From an uncultured Methanoregulaceae archaeon (GTDB taxonomy: Archaea; Halobacteriota; Methanomicrobia; Methanomicrobiales; Methanospirillaceae), in contig OY970061.1 of the NCBI GenBank assembly GCA_963705255.1, forward strand, positions 1,472,001 to 1,536,000: a stretch of 64,000 nt of DNA. Direction: 5' to 3'. Each line of letters starts with the position of its first letter. Positions within the stretch are counted from its first letter, which is position 1. Shown piece after piece: positions 19,159-30,968 of this stretch. The position numbers and the translations under genes are program-made. The notes under the pieces were generated by a model. That model saw only the letters and a list, made by a program, of their open reading frames with translations, was not told the origin of the DNA and did no database searches.

Positions 19159-21394
19159 TCAATCCCTCTTCTTCAGGAGCGTTCCGGTGTACACACACTG
19201 GCCGAAGGAGACGCACCCGTCCCCGAGCGGGTAACCGGCGTTGATGAGGCAGTCAAAGCCCTGCGCCGCGATCTCATGCCGGATCGTCTCGCGGATCGCG
19301 TGGTTGTACGCGACTCCGCCGCTCAGCGCGATGGTCTTCATGCCGTCCCGCCCGGCAGCCCGGACGGCCATCCGGGCGATCCCACGGGCGAGGTTGAACT
19401 GGAACGAAGCGGCAGTGGAGCGGACCGCCCGCAGGTCCCCCGCCGGTGCTGCCTGCACCTTCTCCAGCGCGGTCTGCAGGAGTGACCGGCTCGAGAGTAC
19501 CTCGCACCCGTCACTCGTGGAGAATGCGAGTTCCCACGGTTCGGCAACCCCGAGGGCGGCGGCCGATTCCAGTTTCATCGCGGGTTCGCCGTCATAGGTG
19601 CGCTCCCGGCAGATACCGAGGAGTGCGGCGCATGCGTCAAGCACCCTGCCGGTGCTTGTCGTCATCGCAACATTGAACCCCGTATCGACCTGCTTTTTCA
19701 GCACGCCCAGCTCGATATCCGGCCAGCCGCGGCGGGAGAGGAGCCCGAGCACCTCCTCGTCCGGGAGGATGCCGTAGAGCATCCGCTCCGGGAACCGTGT
19801 CGCAAGGTCGCCGCCCGGCATTCCCACCGCTTCGAGGTGGGCGACCCGCCGCAGGTCCGGCACCTGCCCTGAGAAGATCTCGCTGCCCCAGACCGTGCCG
19901 TCGTCCCCGTAGCCGACCCCGTCGATCGCGATGCCGGTGCAGGGCCCCGTGGTCGCGGCGGCGATGTGGGCGCGGTGGTGCTGCACCGGTACCAGTTCAA
20001 GGCCGTGTTCCGAAGCGATCTCGCGGGCAAACCGGGTGGAGAGGAACTGCGGGTGGAGGTCGTGGGCGATGACATCGAACCGTGCGCCAAGAACCCGCTG
20101 GAGGTTCCGCACGGTCTCCTGCAGGTACTCGAGGGTTGCGGGGTTCCGGACATTGCCCACATGCGGCGAGGTGACGGCAAACCCGTTCCGGTAGATCGTG
20201 GCGTTCGCGTTCAGCTCGGGGCCCACCCCGAGGATGCAGTGCTTCCCGAGATCGATCGCGGTCCGTTTCGGGGCGATCCCGCGCGAGAGGCGGATTATGT
20301 ACCCGTCCCGGACCACCGAGTCGTCACAGCGGTTGACGATCGTCCGGTTGTGGGTCAGGAAATAGTCTGCGTCCCGGTTCAGCTTCGCCATCGCGTGGCC
20401 GATGTCGGTTATCATCGGGTAGCCGGGCATGTTGGCGCTGGTCATGATCAGGAGCGGGTGGGCGAGGTGGCGGAAGAGGAGGTGGTGGAGCCCGGTATAG
20501 GGGAGCATGGCCCCGATGGTATGGAGGTTGCTGATCGTGGCATGCGCCGTCGGGTCGCGCTTCTCAAGGACGACGATAGGGTGGACCTGGCTCCCGAGCA
20601 GCTGCCGCTCCTCCTGCGAAACGCAGGCAAGCGTATCGATATGGTCCGGGCGGACCATGATGGCAAACGGCTGTTCGATCCTGCCGAGCCGGTGCTTGAG
20701 CTTACCGGCCGATTCCTCGATGCAGGCCAGGTGGAACCCGCCAACGCCCCGCACCGCGAGGATGTGCCCCGAGTCGAGCAGGGCGGCGACCTTCGCCACG
20801 GGGTCGGGGCAGTCCGCCCGCTGCCCGAGCCGGTCGAGGAGCTCCAGTCCCGGGCCGCAGGTGCTGCAGGCAATGGTCTGCGCGTGATGCCGCCGGCAGC
20901 CGGGGTCGCCGGTACTCCTTCCCGCAGGCCGGGCAGACCGGGAACGCCGCCATGGACGTCCGCTCCCGGTCGTAGGGGATCTCATGGATGATGCTGTACC
21001 GGGGCCCGCAGTTCACGCAGGACGTTGCCCAGTAGTGTTCATATCTCCCACCCGAATCGAAGATATCGGCAATGCACTCGTCGCAGATCGCGATGTCGGG
21101 CGGGATCATGCCGCTGAACGAGCCGGTCCCGCTCTTCAGGATCTGGAAGCCGTCCGGGATCTCCCGGTCGGTGTCCTCAACCTCAACGGAATCGATCCGG
21201 GAGAGCGGGGGGCCGCGGGAGACTGCGGCAAGAAAATCTTCAAAACGGTCGCCTTTCGCGTAAATCTCAACTTCACTGCCGAGGTTCTTGACCGTCCCGG
21301 AGATGCAAAACGCCTGCGCCTGTGCAAAAACAAACGGGCGGAAGCCGACACCCTGAACGATCCCGCGAACGGTAATTCTGCCCTTTTGCTGCAT
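19159..21394 (-). CDS. hypF: Carbamoyltransferase HypF, frameshift near 20910
   Basis: Acylphosphatase GIVQGVGFRPF, CxxC zinc fingers, CGPRY, GGFHLAC, MTSAN, HDLHP, QHHRAH, DGVGYG, GDGCVSFGQ. Confidence 0.95.
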
Positions 21395-21451
21395 GATGCT
21401 ATCGCAAAATTTTATTGATTCGCGGCACGATATAAGTATAGGGTTTTCACT

Positions 21452-21964
21452 GTGCCGGGCCATATCCGAATCGTAAACGATCCCGTAGAGCTAGTTCCGC
21501 TCCTGATGACGTTCAACGACCCCACGTTCAAGAAGGTCTACGAACTCCTGAACAAATCGTGGCTGACCGAAGACGAGATCAGGGCCCAGGTCAATGATGA
21601 CTGCGTAGCCCTGTGCCTCCAGATCCTGAAGAAGGGAAATCTTGTCGAGGAGCAGTGGCGGATGCCAAAGCCCGGCGCCAAGCCGGAAAAAGAGTTCCGG
21701 GCGACCTACAATAAATTCCGCGCGAACTTCCAGTGCAACCTCGCGGACCTCTCCGATATCCTGTACATCTCGCTCTCCAACGACGAGAACCTCCGCGATG
21801 TCGTGGAGCAGATCGAGGGGGAACTGGGCAAGGGCAACAGCTCCATCAACGACCTCTCCCGGAAATTCGGCGTCAGCTCCGTCTTTATCAAGGGACTTGC
21901 CAAACGGATCACCCACATGGACGTGAAGGGACAGGGACTGGTACTGCTTGACACCGGGCGCTAA
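21452..21964 (+). CDS. ArsR-like winged-helix regulator (conserved in methanogens)
   Basis: wHTH signature, EEQWRMPKPG.KPEKEF; second HTH at the C-terminus. Confidence 0.75.
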   Translation: MPGHIRIVNDPVELVPLLMTFNDPTFKKVYELLNKSWLTEDEIRAQVNDDCVALCLQILKKGNLVEEQWRMPKPGAKPEKEFRATYNKFRANFQCNLADLSDILYISLSNDENLRDVVEQIEGELGKGNSSINDLSRKFGVSSVFIKGLAKRITHMDVKGQGLVLLDTGR

Positions 21965-22757
21965 GGACCCCCTCTATTCTATTTTGCGCAGCAAGCGCGA
22001 GGTCTCGCGCATGCAGATCCTCGTGGAGATCGCCGAGCACCAGCCCGCGGTCCGCCAGCAGGAGATCGCCGAGAAACTTGGCGTGACCCCGCAGGCGATC
22101 TCGGAGTACATCCGCGAGCTCGTGGAGGAGGGGATGGTCTCGGCCAGCGGCAGGGGCAATTACGAGGTGACCAGGTCGGGCATCGAGTGGGTGCTCGCCA
22201 ACGCCGAGTCCCTCGAGTCGTATGCCCGGCACATACGGCGCGACATCATCCAGCAGGTCTCGGTCTGGACCGCAATTGCGGCCGAGGACCTGAAGGCTGG
22301 CGACGAGGTCGGCGTGTACATGAAGGCCGGGTTCCTCTACGCCGGGAAGGAGCCCCTTGCGGCCACGGGCAGCGTGGTGGCGGATGCGAAGACGGGCGAG
22401 GACGTGGGAGTAGCCCGCCTGAACGGGATCATCGACCATCACGAGGGGGTCGTCCACGTCTGCAAGGTCCCGCGGATCCAGCACGGCGGCTCCCGGAAGG
22501 TACAGCGGGACAAGCTGCTGGAGGTCACCGGATCGGCAGGCATGGTTGCCGCTGTCGGGCTCGAAGCCTGCATCGCCCTGAGATCCGCGGGCAGGAAGCC
22601 CGACATGTTCTTCGGCGCCCGCGAAGGCGTCATCGAGGCGGCGTTCCACGGGATCGACTGCGCGATCGTGATCGTGGACGAGGAATTCACCGATTTTCTC
22701 AAGAGGCTGGAGAGCGTGGAACTCGCCTACGTGATCCATGACCTGATCTCCCCATGA
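21948..22757 (+). CDS. Winged-helix transcriptional regulator (COG1497-like)
   Basis: RQQEIAEKLGVTPQAISEYIRELVEEG. Confidence 0.85.
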   Translation: MTPGAKDPLYSILRSKREVSRMQILVEIAEHQPAVRQQEIAEKLGVTPQAISEYIRELVEEGMVSASGRGNYEVTRSGIEWVLANAESLESYARHIRRDIIQQVSVWTAIAAEDLKAGDEVGVYMKAGFLYAGKEPLAATGSVVADAKTGEDVGVARLNGIIDHHEGVVHVCKVPRIQHGGSRKVQRDKLLEVTGSAGMVAAVGLEACIALRSAGRKPDMFFGAREGVIEAAFHGIDCAIVIVDEEFTDFLKRLESVELAYVIHDLISP

Positions 22758-24823
22758 AGATCCTGGTTCAGCCCCAGAAAGGGGGCAACTACAAACTCCT
22801 TTTTGTCGATGGCAGGAATACGCGGGGGGCCGGGTATGTCGACCTGATGGAGACCCCGAGGGGCCCCCGCCCGACCAAGTACCGCGTGAAGTGGGGCGGA
22901 AAGAAAGAGTACAAGCACACTCCTTCAAAGGACCTAGTTGCAAACTTCCGCGAATCCGACGTGCGGATGGTTAGGAGCGACCCGAAGTTCGAGCTGTTCC
23001 TCCACGACTTCCAGGTCAGGGCCGGGGCAGTCAGCGCCTGTCGCATGTGCCTGCTCGATGAGAAATACACGCCCCTCGACGACAACAACACGGTGGTGTT
23101 CGGCAAGGGGGAGCAGATCTGCCTCGACTGCGGGCGCCGGGAACTGCGCCGGGAGGTCTCCCACCTCGGCAGGCTGGGGCGGGACGGCATCAGCCACCTC
23201 GAGAGCCTGCTCGTCCAGTTCCGCAACCTCGACCGGGTGCTCGCTACCCTCCAGCCAGAGAAACTGACCATGGAGGCGGCGCTCTTCGACCGTCTCGAAC
23301 CCCACCCGGTGATGACGACCTCCCCGGTCGAGGAGCTCCCTCTCCCCCGCGAGTTCGTCGAAGCAGCCGGGGTTAAGCAGCTGATGCCTGCCCAGCAGCT
23401 CGCCGTTGAGGCGGGGCTGCTGTTCGGGAAGGATCTCCTGGTTGTTGCGGCCACGGCGAGCGGCAAGACCTTCATCGGTGAGATGGCAGGGATCAAGAAC
23501 TATCTCGAAGGGCGCGGGCGGACGCTCTTCCTGGTCCCGCTCGTGGCGCTGGCGAACCAGAAGTACGAGCGGTTCACCGAACGGTACGGGAAATTTGCAC
23601 GGACCGGGCTTTTGACCGGGACGAGCCGGCTCAACCTCCCCGAGACCCGCAAGGTAGGGGACCGGAACCCGCAGGCGCCCATCATCGTCGGCACCTACGA
23701 GGGGGTGGACAACATGATCCGGCGGGGGCAGAAGATGAAGAACATAGCGACCGTGGTGATCGACGAGGTCCAGATGCTCGAGGACAACGACCGGGGGCAC
23801 CGGCTCGACGGCATGATCGCCCGGCTCAAGTACCTTGCCCCGCAGGCCCAGTTCCTGTACCTCTCTGCCACCATCGGGTCGCCGAAGGTTCTTGCGAAAA
23901 AACTGGACTGCACGCTCGTCCAGTACGCGGACCGGCCTGTCGGGCTGGAGCGCTACCTCCTCTTTGTCGAGCGCAAGCAGAAGATCCCGACCATCAAGCA
24001 GATGACGACCGAAGAGTACAAGCGGACGTCGTCCAAGGGCTACCGGGGCCAGACCATCATCTTCACCAACGCCCGGGCCCGCTGCCACACCATCGCAGAG
24101 GCGCTCGGGATACGGGCGGCGGCGTACCATGCCGGGCTCACCTCGCAGGAGCGCCGGGACGTGGAGACCCGCTTTTCGCAGGGCAAGCTCATGGCGGTGG
24201 TGACGACCGCGGCGCTCGGTGCAGGCGTCGACTTCCCGGCCTCGCAGGTGATCTTCGATGCGCTTGCCATGGGCAGGGACTGGCTCACGGTGCAGGAATT
24301 CAACCAGATGGGCGGAAGGGCCGGGAGGCCGGACTTCCACGACCTCGGCCGTGTGGTGATCCTCGCCGAACCCGGCGGCAGTTATTCCCGCGAAAACCCT
24401 TTCACGGAAGAAGAGGTCGCCATCCGCCTCCTCAAGGGGGAGATGGAGGAAGTGGCACCCGAGCACGACATTGAGAAGAGCTCCGAGGAGTATGTGGCCA
24501 ACGCCGTTGCCTGCGATGGGGAGGAAGCCGATCTCAACCGGATCAACGGCCTGATGGTCGGGAGCATGGAACCGGTGCTGCCGGAACTGGTTGCCCACCG
24601 GCTTGTGGAGAAACGCGGCACAAAACTGGTGATGACCCCGCTCGCACGGGTCATGGCGGAGCATTTCATCGGGATGGAGCGGCTGCTCGAGGTCATCCGG
24701 CTCACCGGAACGATGGAGGATCCCGTTGACATAATCGCAGAACTGGAGAGCGAAGACCTGCAGCGGGAGACAAAACCCTCAGCCGGGAAAATGGAGTCCC
24801 GCCGCCACGGCCGCAAGCGGTAA
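22754..24823 (+). CDS. Archaeal SF2 DEAD/DEAH-box helicase
   Basis: ATASGKT, DEVQ, SAT, YHAGL, QMGGRAGRP. Confidence 0.93.
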   Translation: MKILVQPQKGGNYKLLFVDGRNTRGAGYVDLMETPRGPRPTKYRVKWGGKKEYKHTPSKDLVANFRESDVRMVRSDPKFELFLHDFQVRAGAVSACRMCLLDEKYTPLDDNNTVVFGKGEQICLDCGRRELRREVSHLGRLGRDGISHLESLLVQFRNLDRVLATLQPEKLTMEAALFDRLEPHPVMTTSPVEELPLPREFVEAAGVKQLMPAQQLAVEAGLLFGKDLLVVAATASGKTFIGEMAGIKNYLEGRGRTLFLVPLVALANQKYERFTERYGKFARTGLLTGTSRLNLPETRKVGDRNPQAPIIVGTYEGVDNMIRRGQKMKNIATVVIDEVQMLEDNDRGHRLDGMIARLKYLAPQAQFLYLSATIGSPKVLAKKLDCTLVQYADRPVGLERYLLFVERKQKIPTIKQMTTEEYKRTSSKGYRGQTIIFTNARARCHTIAEALGIRAAAYHAGLTSQERRDVETRFSQGKLMAVVTTAALGAGVDFPASQVIFDALAMGRDWLTVQEFNQMGGRAGRPDFHDLGRVVILAEPGGSYSRENPFTEEEVAIRLLKGEMEEVAPEHDIEKSSEEYVANAVACDGEEADLNRINGLMVGSMEPVLPELVAHRLVEKRGTKLVMTPLARVMAEHFIGMERLLEVIRLTGTMEDPVDIIAELESEDLQRETKPSAGKMESRRHGRKR

Positions 24824-24936
24824 CCCGCTGCCGGGAAAACCCTGGAATCCACTGATAATAACCTGTTTTTGTCATTCAGTCAATTTAAAATGATTTTTGA
24901 GGAATCGGAAAATTTATAAAATCGAACAAACTACTA

Positions 24937-25149
24937 ATGAACATGAACGGTAGGGACGACCAGGATCTCCAGATAAAGAAGGATCTCCAGTACCTTACCC
25001 GGGCCCTGACAGCAGACAACCTCGACATCGGGGTGATGTTCTCGCCGGAACGGGGGATCCGGGCCTGCATTCCCCCGTTTGAATCGTTCGCCCTTGGCGG
25101 CCTGTTCGTGCGGGAGCGCCTGCGCCGTGTCAGGCCGCCGGCGGAATGA
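24937..25149 (+). CDS. Small hypothetical protein
   Basis: 70-aa ORF with GC-rich coding-like composition following an AT-rich TATA-like region. Confidence 0.45.
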   Translation: MNMNGRDDQDLQIKKDLQYLTRALTADNLDIGVMFSPERGIRACIPPFESFALGGLFVRERLRRVRPPAE

Positions 25150-25206
25150 GCGGACCGGATCTTTTAAAAAGAATTTTAAAGGTTATCACGTTCCCGGAGG
25201 ATCCGC

Positions 25207-25330
25207 AGTCGAAGAATTCTGATCAATTCTTCTCCACTCACAGCTCGCTTCGCAACCTGTTCTTAGTCAATGAATTCTGATCAATTCTTCTCCGGTTAAT
25301 CCTCGCTAACGAGATGATTAATTCTTCGCC
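25207..25330. repeat. Inverted copy of the palindromic repeat family
   Basis: 25207-25280 is the reverse complement of 15167-15240 at 67/74 positions by manual alignment. Confidence 0.85.
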
Positions 25331-25569
25331 TCTCGGGCATCCCAAAATTGCGATAGAACGGATTCGGTGTACAAACTCTGAATTCACCCTGCCTCACATC
25401 AATGATTCACTTTTTTGAAAATTATTCTGGTTGTCCGATTATCCATTTTTTCTTTCGAATATTTTGAAAAAGGTGGTGGTCAAAATGACACTATGCCCAT
25501 AACAATATTCCGGCTCTTCATAAAAATAAGAGAGAGATGATTGCCAGGATCCGATCCCATTGGCGGTGA

Positions 25570-25642
25570 TTACCCCCTCGCCCGGACGTGCCCGAGCCGA
25601 TGGACCGCGGTGATGCGCCCGAAGAGGACGAACATCCAGCCG
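25570..25642 (-). pseudogene. Degenerate duplicate of the 3' end of the CDP-alcohol phosphatidyltransferase gene
   Basis: Translates GWMFVLFG---RITAVHRLGHVRARG*, versus GWMLILFGLLGHITAFQRFAYVWAKVE* at 29863-29947. Confidence 0.8.
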
Positions 25643-25862
25643 GGCTACGTGAGCCTGTAGATTCCTGAAGAAAGCAGGCATAAAACCGTGCCTTCCGGAG
25701 GCTACCTCGATCGTACTAATAAAACGGGGGATGAATTCCGTCTTTCACCGGCTGTTGTATTCCGTGCGTGGGTAAGAGGGCCCGTTCCCGGCAAAAAAGA
25801 GTCATCGGGTTTGCCAACGGCACGGATTCTGGTGCTTCCATCGCCTTTGCCGTGATGCATAC

Positions 25863-28800
25863 CTAGGATGCCTCCTGGTCCAGAGTCAATGAATTAAACT
25901 GCATTATTTCCGAGATCGGACCCGCCAGATATTTCTGTCCGCTTGATAACGTGACAGTTACCGTATTCGTACGCGGGAACGATGCTTTCACCGTAAACTG
26001 CTGGCCGTTGCCTGGTGGTGTCACCAATGCGGTAAGATACAATTGTTGCACACCATTCACATCAATCTCTATATATCGTCCTTGGGCAAAAGTGGAGCTG
26101 CTCAACAGACCGCTGAAGGTAATGTTATCATATCCGGTGCCATAGGGGGCCGTAAATGTCTTCCAGACACTGGATTGCGTTGTACCACCCTGATTGAGAC
26201 TGACATTCGACCCGTGTTCGCCGTGAGTGCCAACCATGACCGGGCCGTATTCCGAACCGGGGGTACTATTTCCCGTCCAGGTTGCACTATAACCCCAGCC
26301 GGTCCATCCGTCAGAAGACCAGGTCGTGGTGAATGGGGGAGTGATATCGTATACCACCGTGAACGCAGCGTTCATAGACCCGGCCTGCCCGTCGGCGTTC
26401 ATGACATTGACATCCCACGCCCCGACCGATGATGTGGTTGGCGGGGGAAGCGGGAATGTGCAGGTGATCCGGGTGGGCGAGACTACGACTACATTGGTCG
26501 CTGTAATAGTACTCTGTCCCGTCTTTGCAAGCCAGACGGTCGGTGTCGTACCCACCACAAAGTTCGTGCCTGCAACGCTGGTCCCCACCGTGGTCCCGGC
26601 AACGCCACTGGCCGGGGTGATGCCCGTTACGGTCGGGGCACCTACCACCGTAAACGCAGCGTTCATAGACCCGGCCTGCCCGTCGGTATTCATGACATTG
26701 ACATCCCATGCCCCGACCGATGATGTGGTTGGCGGGGGAAGCGGGAATGTGCAGGTGATCCGGGTGGGCGAGACTACGACTACATTGGTCGCTGTAATAG
26801 TGCTCTGTCCCGTTTTTGCCAGCCAGACAGTCGGTGTCGTGCCCACAATAAAGTTCGTGCCCGCAACGCTGGTTCCCACCATGGTCCCGGCTTTCCCGCT
26901 GGCCGGGGTGATGCCGGTCACAGAAAGGGGCGGGTTTGTCACCGTGAACGCGGCGCTTATTGACCCGGACTGCCCGTCGGCGTTTTTCACGACGAGATCC
27001 CACTGCCCGGCCAATGTGGCAGAGGGCGGGGGAAGCGGGAACGTGCAGGTGATCGCCGTCGAGGTTTGTACGGTAATATTGGTCGCCGTAATATTGCTCT
27101 GTCCAGTTTTTGCAAGCCAGACGGTTGTTGGTGAACCCACGACAAAGTTTGTGCCAACAAGGCTGGTTACCGATACCAGAGTCCCGGCTGTCCCGCCGCC
27201 GGAGTGATGCCGGTCACGGTCGGGGCCGGATTTGTCACTGTGAACGCGGCGCTTATTGACCCGGACTGCCCGTCGGCGTTCATGACATAGACATCCCAAG
27301 GCCCGAGGACCGTGGGGTTGGGGAGCGGGAACGTGCAGGTGAGCCGGGTGGGCGAGACTACGACTACATTGGTCGCCGTCATATTATTCGTTCCAGTCTT
27401 TGCCAGCCAGACGATCGGCGGCGGAGTCGCCATAAAGTTCGTGCCCGAAAGGTTGGTGATCGTTACCGTGGTCGCGGCAACGCCACTGGCCGGAGTGAGG
27501 CCGGTCACGGTCAGGGGCGGGTTTGTCACCGTGAACGCGGCGATCTTTGATGCGAACTGCCCGTCAGCGTTTTTCACGATGAGATCCCACTGCCCGGCCG
27601 ATGTGGCAGAGGGCGGGGGAAGCGGGAGAGTGCAGGTGATCTGGGTCGGCGAGACTACGGTCACATTGGTCGCCGTAATATTGTTTGCTCCCGTTTTTGC
27701 CAGCCAGACGGTCGGTACCGTGCCCACAATAAAGTTCGTGCCTGCAACGCTGGTTCCCACCGGGGTCCCGGCAACGCTGCTGGCCGGGGTGATGCCCGTT
27801 ACGGTCGGGGCTGGCATATACGTATATGCTCCCGTCGCGGTTACGGTCTGGCCATCATTGTTGGTAATTACTACATTCTGAGATCCGGCTGTGCCGGCGG
27901 GAGTTGTCGCTGTAATATGAGTGGAGTCAGCAACGACAACATTCGTTGCTGCCACACCGCCAATGGTCACATTTAACGATCCACCTGAAACAAAGTTCGT
28001 ACCGACTATCGTTACCGTGGTACCACCCGCTGCCGGGCCGTTTGCCGGGGTAATGCTCGTGAACGTCGGCGCCGGGGCGGTTGGGTTTTGCATGTGCCCT
28101 GTCCCGGCTGCATATTTCAGGTCCTGGTTCTTCTGGTCATAGTAACTGATCCGGGGGTTCCCCAGCGAGTCCAGTGCAAGGGAAGTATACTCGCCTACCC
28201 GCTTGGAGCTGTCCACCGTTTCGGTCACCCACAGGGAGGTTGTGCTGTTCCACGCGGCAAATTTCAGATTGCCGTTGGTTGCGTCGAAATAACTGATACG
28301 CGGGTTACTGTACACGTCCAGCTCAAGCGATGAATACTCCCCGACATCCCCGGCACTGTCCACGGTCGTGATGACCCACCGGCTACCGTCCCAGGACGCA
28401 TACTTCAGATCCCTGTTCGTCTGGTCGTAGTAGCTGATCCTCGGGTTGCCGATACTGTCGAGGGCCAGGGACGAATACTCCCCAACATTTATGGATTTAT
28501 CTTCGTTCCTGCGGTGATCTCCATCCCAGTTACCCCCTTTTTGTCCTTTCATATAGTTGGAGCCGTCTACGGTCGTGATGACCCACCGGCTACCGTCCCA
28601 GGACGCATACTTCAGATCCCCGTTCGTCTGGTCGTAGTAGCTGATCTTCGGATTGCCGATGCTGTCGAGAGCCAGGGACGAATACTCCCCAACATCCCTG
28701 GCACTGTCCACGGTCGTGATGACCCACCGGCTACCGTCCCAGGATGCATACTTCAGATCCCCGTTCGTCTGGTCGTAGTAGCTGATCCTCGGATTGCCGA

Positions 28801-29407
28801 TGCTGTCGAGGGCCAGGGACGAATACTCCCCAACATTTATGGATTTATCTTCGTTCCTGCGGTGATCCTCATCCCAGTTACCCCCTTTTTGTCCTTTCAT
28901 ATAGTTGGAGCCGTCTACGGTCGTGACAACCCACTGGCTACCGTCCCAGGACGCATACTTCAGGTCACCTTTCCCGGTATCAAGGTAACTTATCCTCGGA
29001 TCGCCGATGCTGTCGAGGGCCAGGGACGAATACTCCCCAACCTTTTCGGTACCGTGAAAATTCCTGACATAATCACTGTCGTTATCTCTGTCACTACCCC
29101 ATTCCAGGAAAAACAATTTGTATTTACTATCACTCTTGGAATAGTCTGCGGTTGTGATGACCCACTGGCTCCCGTTCCAGAAGGCATACTTCAGGTCACC
29201 TTTCGTCTGGTCATAGTAACTGATTGCAGGACTGCCCGCTGCATTCAGGGCAATGGATGAATATTGTCCGACATTGCCGGTACTGGCCACCGTCTGCAGG
29301 GACCATGGCCCGAATTCAGTTGCTGATACCCCCCCGATAAGCAGAAATTCCAATATGACGATGATAACAACAGGACAGTATGCCTTTAGAATACGGCTTG
29401 CGTTCAT
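25863..29407 (-). CDS. Large secreted/cell-surface protein: beta-propeller-like repeats plus tandem IPT/TIG domains, frameshift near 27195
   Basis: Signal peptide; about 7 VGEYSSLALD..P.ISYYD..DLKYA repeats; multiple PTVTGITPASG..GTNF Ig-like repeats continuing in ORF 25863..27299. Confidence 0.85.
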
Positions 29408-29862
29408 TTTTCCTCCCATACGTGCACATTCCGGGTCTGGCGATTCATGTAATTCCGGTTAAAAAAATTCCGGTTAAATACTAACAGGAATTGATACACA
29501 AAATTCACGTTATATCCCAGATGATGGTATCCCATTAATAATGAGTATTTCCTTTTTGACCGACTGGACAATTGCATGGTTTTCCTGATACTCATACTGA
29601 TCTTTTCCTGCAAAAAACCGGGAAGATTGAAAACACCCTGAAAATCCGGCACGTACGTATGCTGGAGCATCCGGCCTGTTCCAGGATCCGGTGCCATTCA
29701 TGATGATCACAGGCCGGAATTACGTTGTGTGCAGCCAGCAGGAAAAACCGCTGAAATACCGGGGAAAAGACAACGGGCGGGTTCTCTCCGGAAAAATGTG
29801 TCTGCATTGTGATAAAACAGACAGTGGCCGTGAAAAAATTTGAATTCGCGCGGGAAAATACA

Positions 29863-30459
29863 TTATTCCACCTTCGCCCAGACATACGCGAACCGCTGGA
29901 AAGCGGTGATGTGCCCTAACAGGCCGAAGAGGATGAGCATCCAGCCGAGGAGCGAGAGGCCGGAGAAACTGAGCGGGACGAGCAGGTCGATGATACCCAC
30001 GGCCATAATCATGACCAGCCGGTCCGCCCTCCCGAGCAGCCCCCCGTAGTACCGCCCGACCCCGACCGCCTGCGCCTGCGTCCCGAGATACGATGCCATC
30101 AGCACCCCGGTCAGGGCGAAAACCCCGATCTGCCAGGGTACGAGCCCGCCGGCAAAGATCCCGGTGATGATGAAGATGTCCGCGTACCGGTCGACGGCAT
30201 GATCGAGGAAGTCCCCCCGTTTGCTCTGGACCTTCATCTCGCGGGCAACGGCGCCGTCCATCGCGTCGCAGAGCGCGTTTGCGGCGACCGCGACGATCGC
30301 CCACAGTTCCATCCTGAAAAAGAAGAAGAGCCCTGCAACAGCCGAGGCAAGAAGGGCTGCGATGGTGAAGAAGTTCGGTGTCAGCCTGCACCGGATTGCT
30401 ATCGAGACCAGGGGGTCGAAATAGACCTTCGCGTGGGAGCGGTACTGGTCAAGGGTCAT
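29863..30459 (-). CDS. CDP-alcohol phosphatidyltransferase (archaetidylinositol-phosphate synthase-like)
   Basis: TPN; DAMDGAVAR..G.FLDHAVDR signature. Confidence 0.92.
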   Translation of the reverse strand: MTLDQYRSHAKVYFDPLVSIAIRCRLTPNFFTIAALLASAVAGLFFFFRMELWAIVAVAANALCDAMDGAVAREMKVQSKRGDFLDHAVDRYADIFIITGIFAGGLVPWQIGVFALTGVLMASYLGTQAQAVGVGRYYGGLLGRADRLVMIMAVGIIDLLVPLSFSGLSLLGWMLILFGLLGHITAFQRFAYVWAKVE

Positions 30460-30968
30460 AGCAGTCCCTCAAGATAGCCCGACCAGTCGATATGGCCAAA
30501 GTCCGGCGGGATCTCCCCGTTCCGGAACTGTTCGATCCGGTCAGCACAGTACGTGGCCGAACGGCCGGTCGTGTCCAGTTCCAGGATCTGCGAAGGGTCA
30601 TACGCTTCAACGGTCTCTACGAGGCAGACATCCAGCGCTTCCGCCTCGGCATTCTCGCGTATCTTCCTTTCCCGGTATTTGCGCCGGGCCAGCCGGGCTC
30701 TCAACTCATCGGGGTGGCAGCGGAGCACGACAATCCGGTCGCAGTGCAGCAGGTGGGCAAAGTGGCCTTCCACGAAACCGTCGACCGGGACAAACTCTTC
30801 TGCCCACCGGTCCGTATCAATCTCCTGGGCGTCGCGCTCTTCATCCTCGCCGACCACATACGGCCCGACCGTATCGGTGAGATGGACCACGGTATACCCG
30901 CGCTTTGCAAGTTCCATGCCCACAAGGGATTTTCCGGTGCCCGGCGTGCCGGTGATGCCGCACATCAT
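30456..30968 (-). CDS. Adenylate kinase, AK6/Fap7-like
   Basis: GITGTPGTGKS, VEGH, VLRC.P.EL, ENAEAE. Confidence 0.9.
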   Translation of the reverse strand: MMCGITGTPGTGKSLVGMELAKRGYTVVHLTDTVGPYVVGEDEERDAQEIDTDRWAEEFVPVDGFVEGHFAHLLHCDRIVVLRCHPDELRARLARRKYRERKIRENAEAEALDVCLVETVEAYDPSQILELDTTGRSATYCADRIEQFRNGEIPPDFGHIDWSGYLEGLL

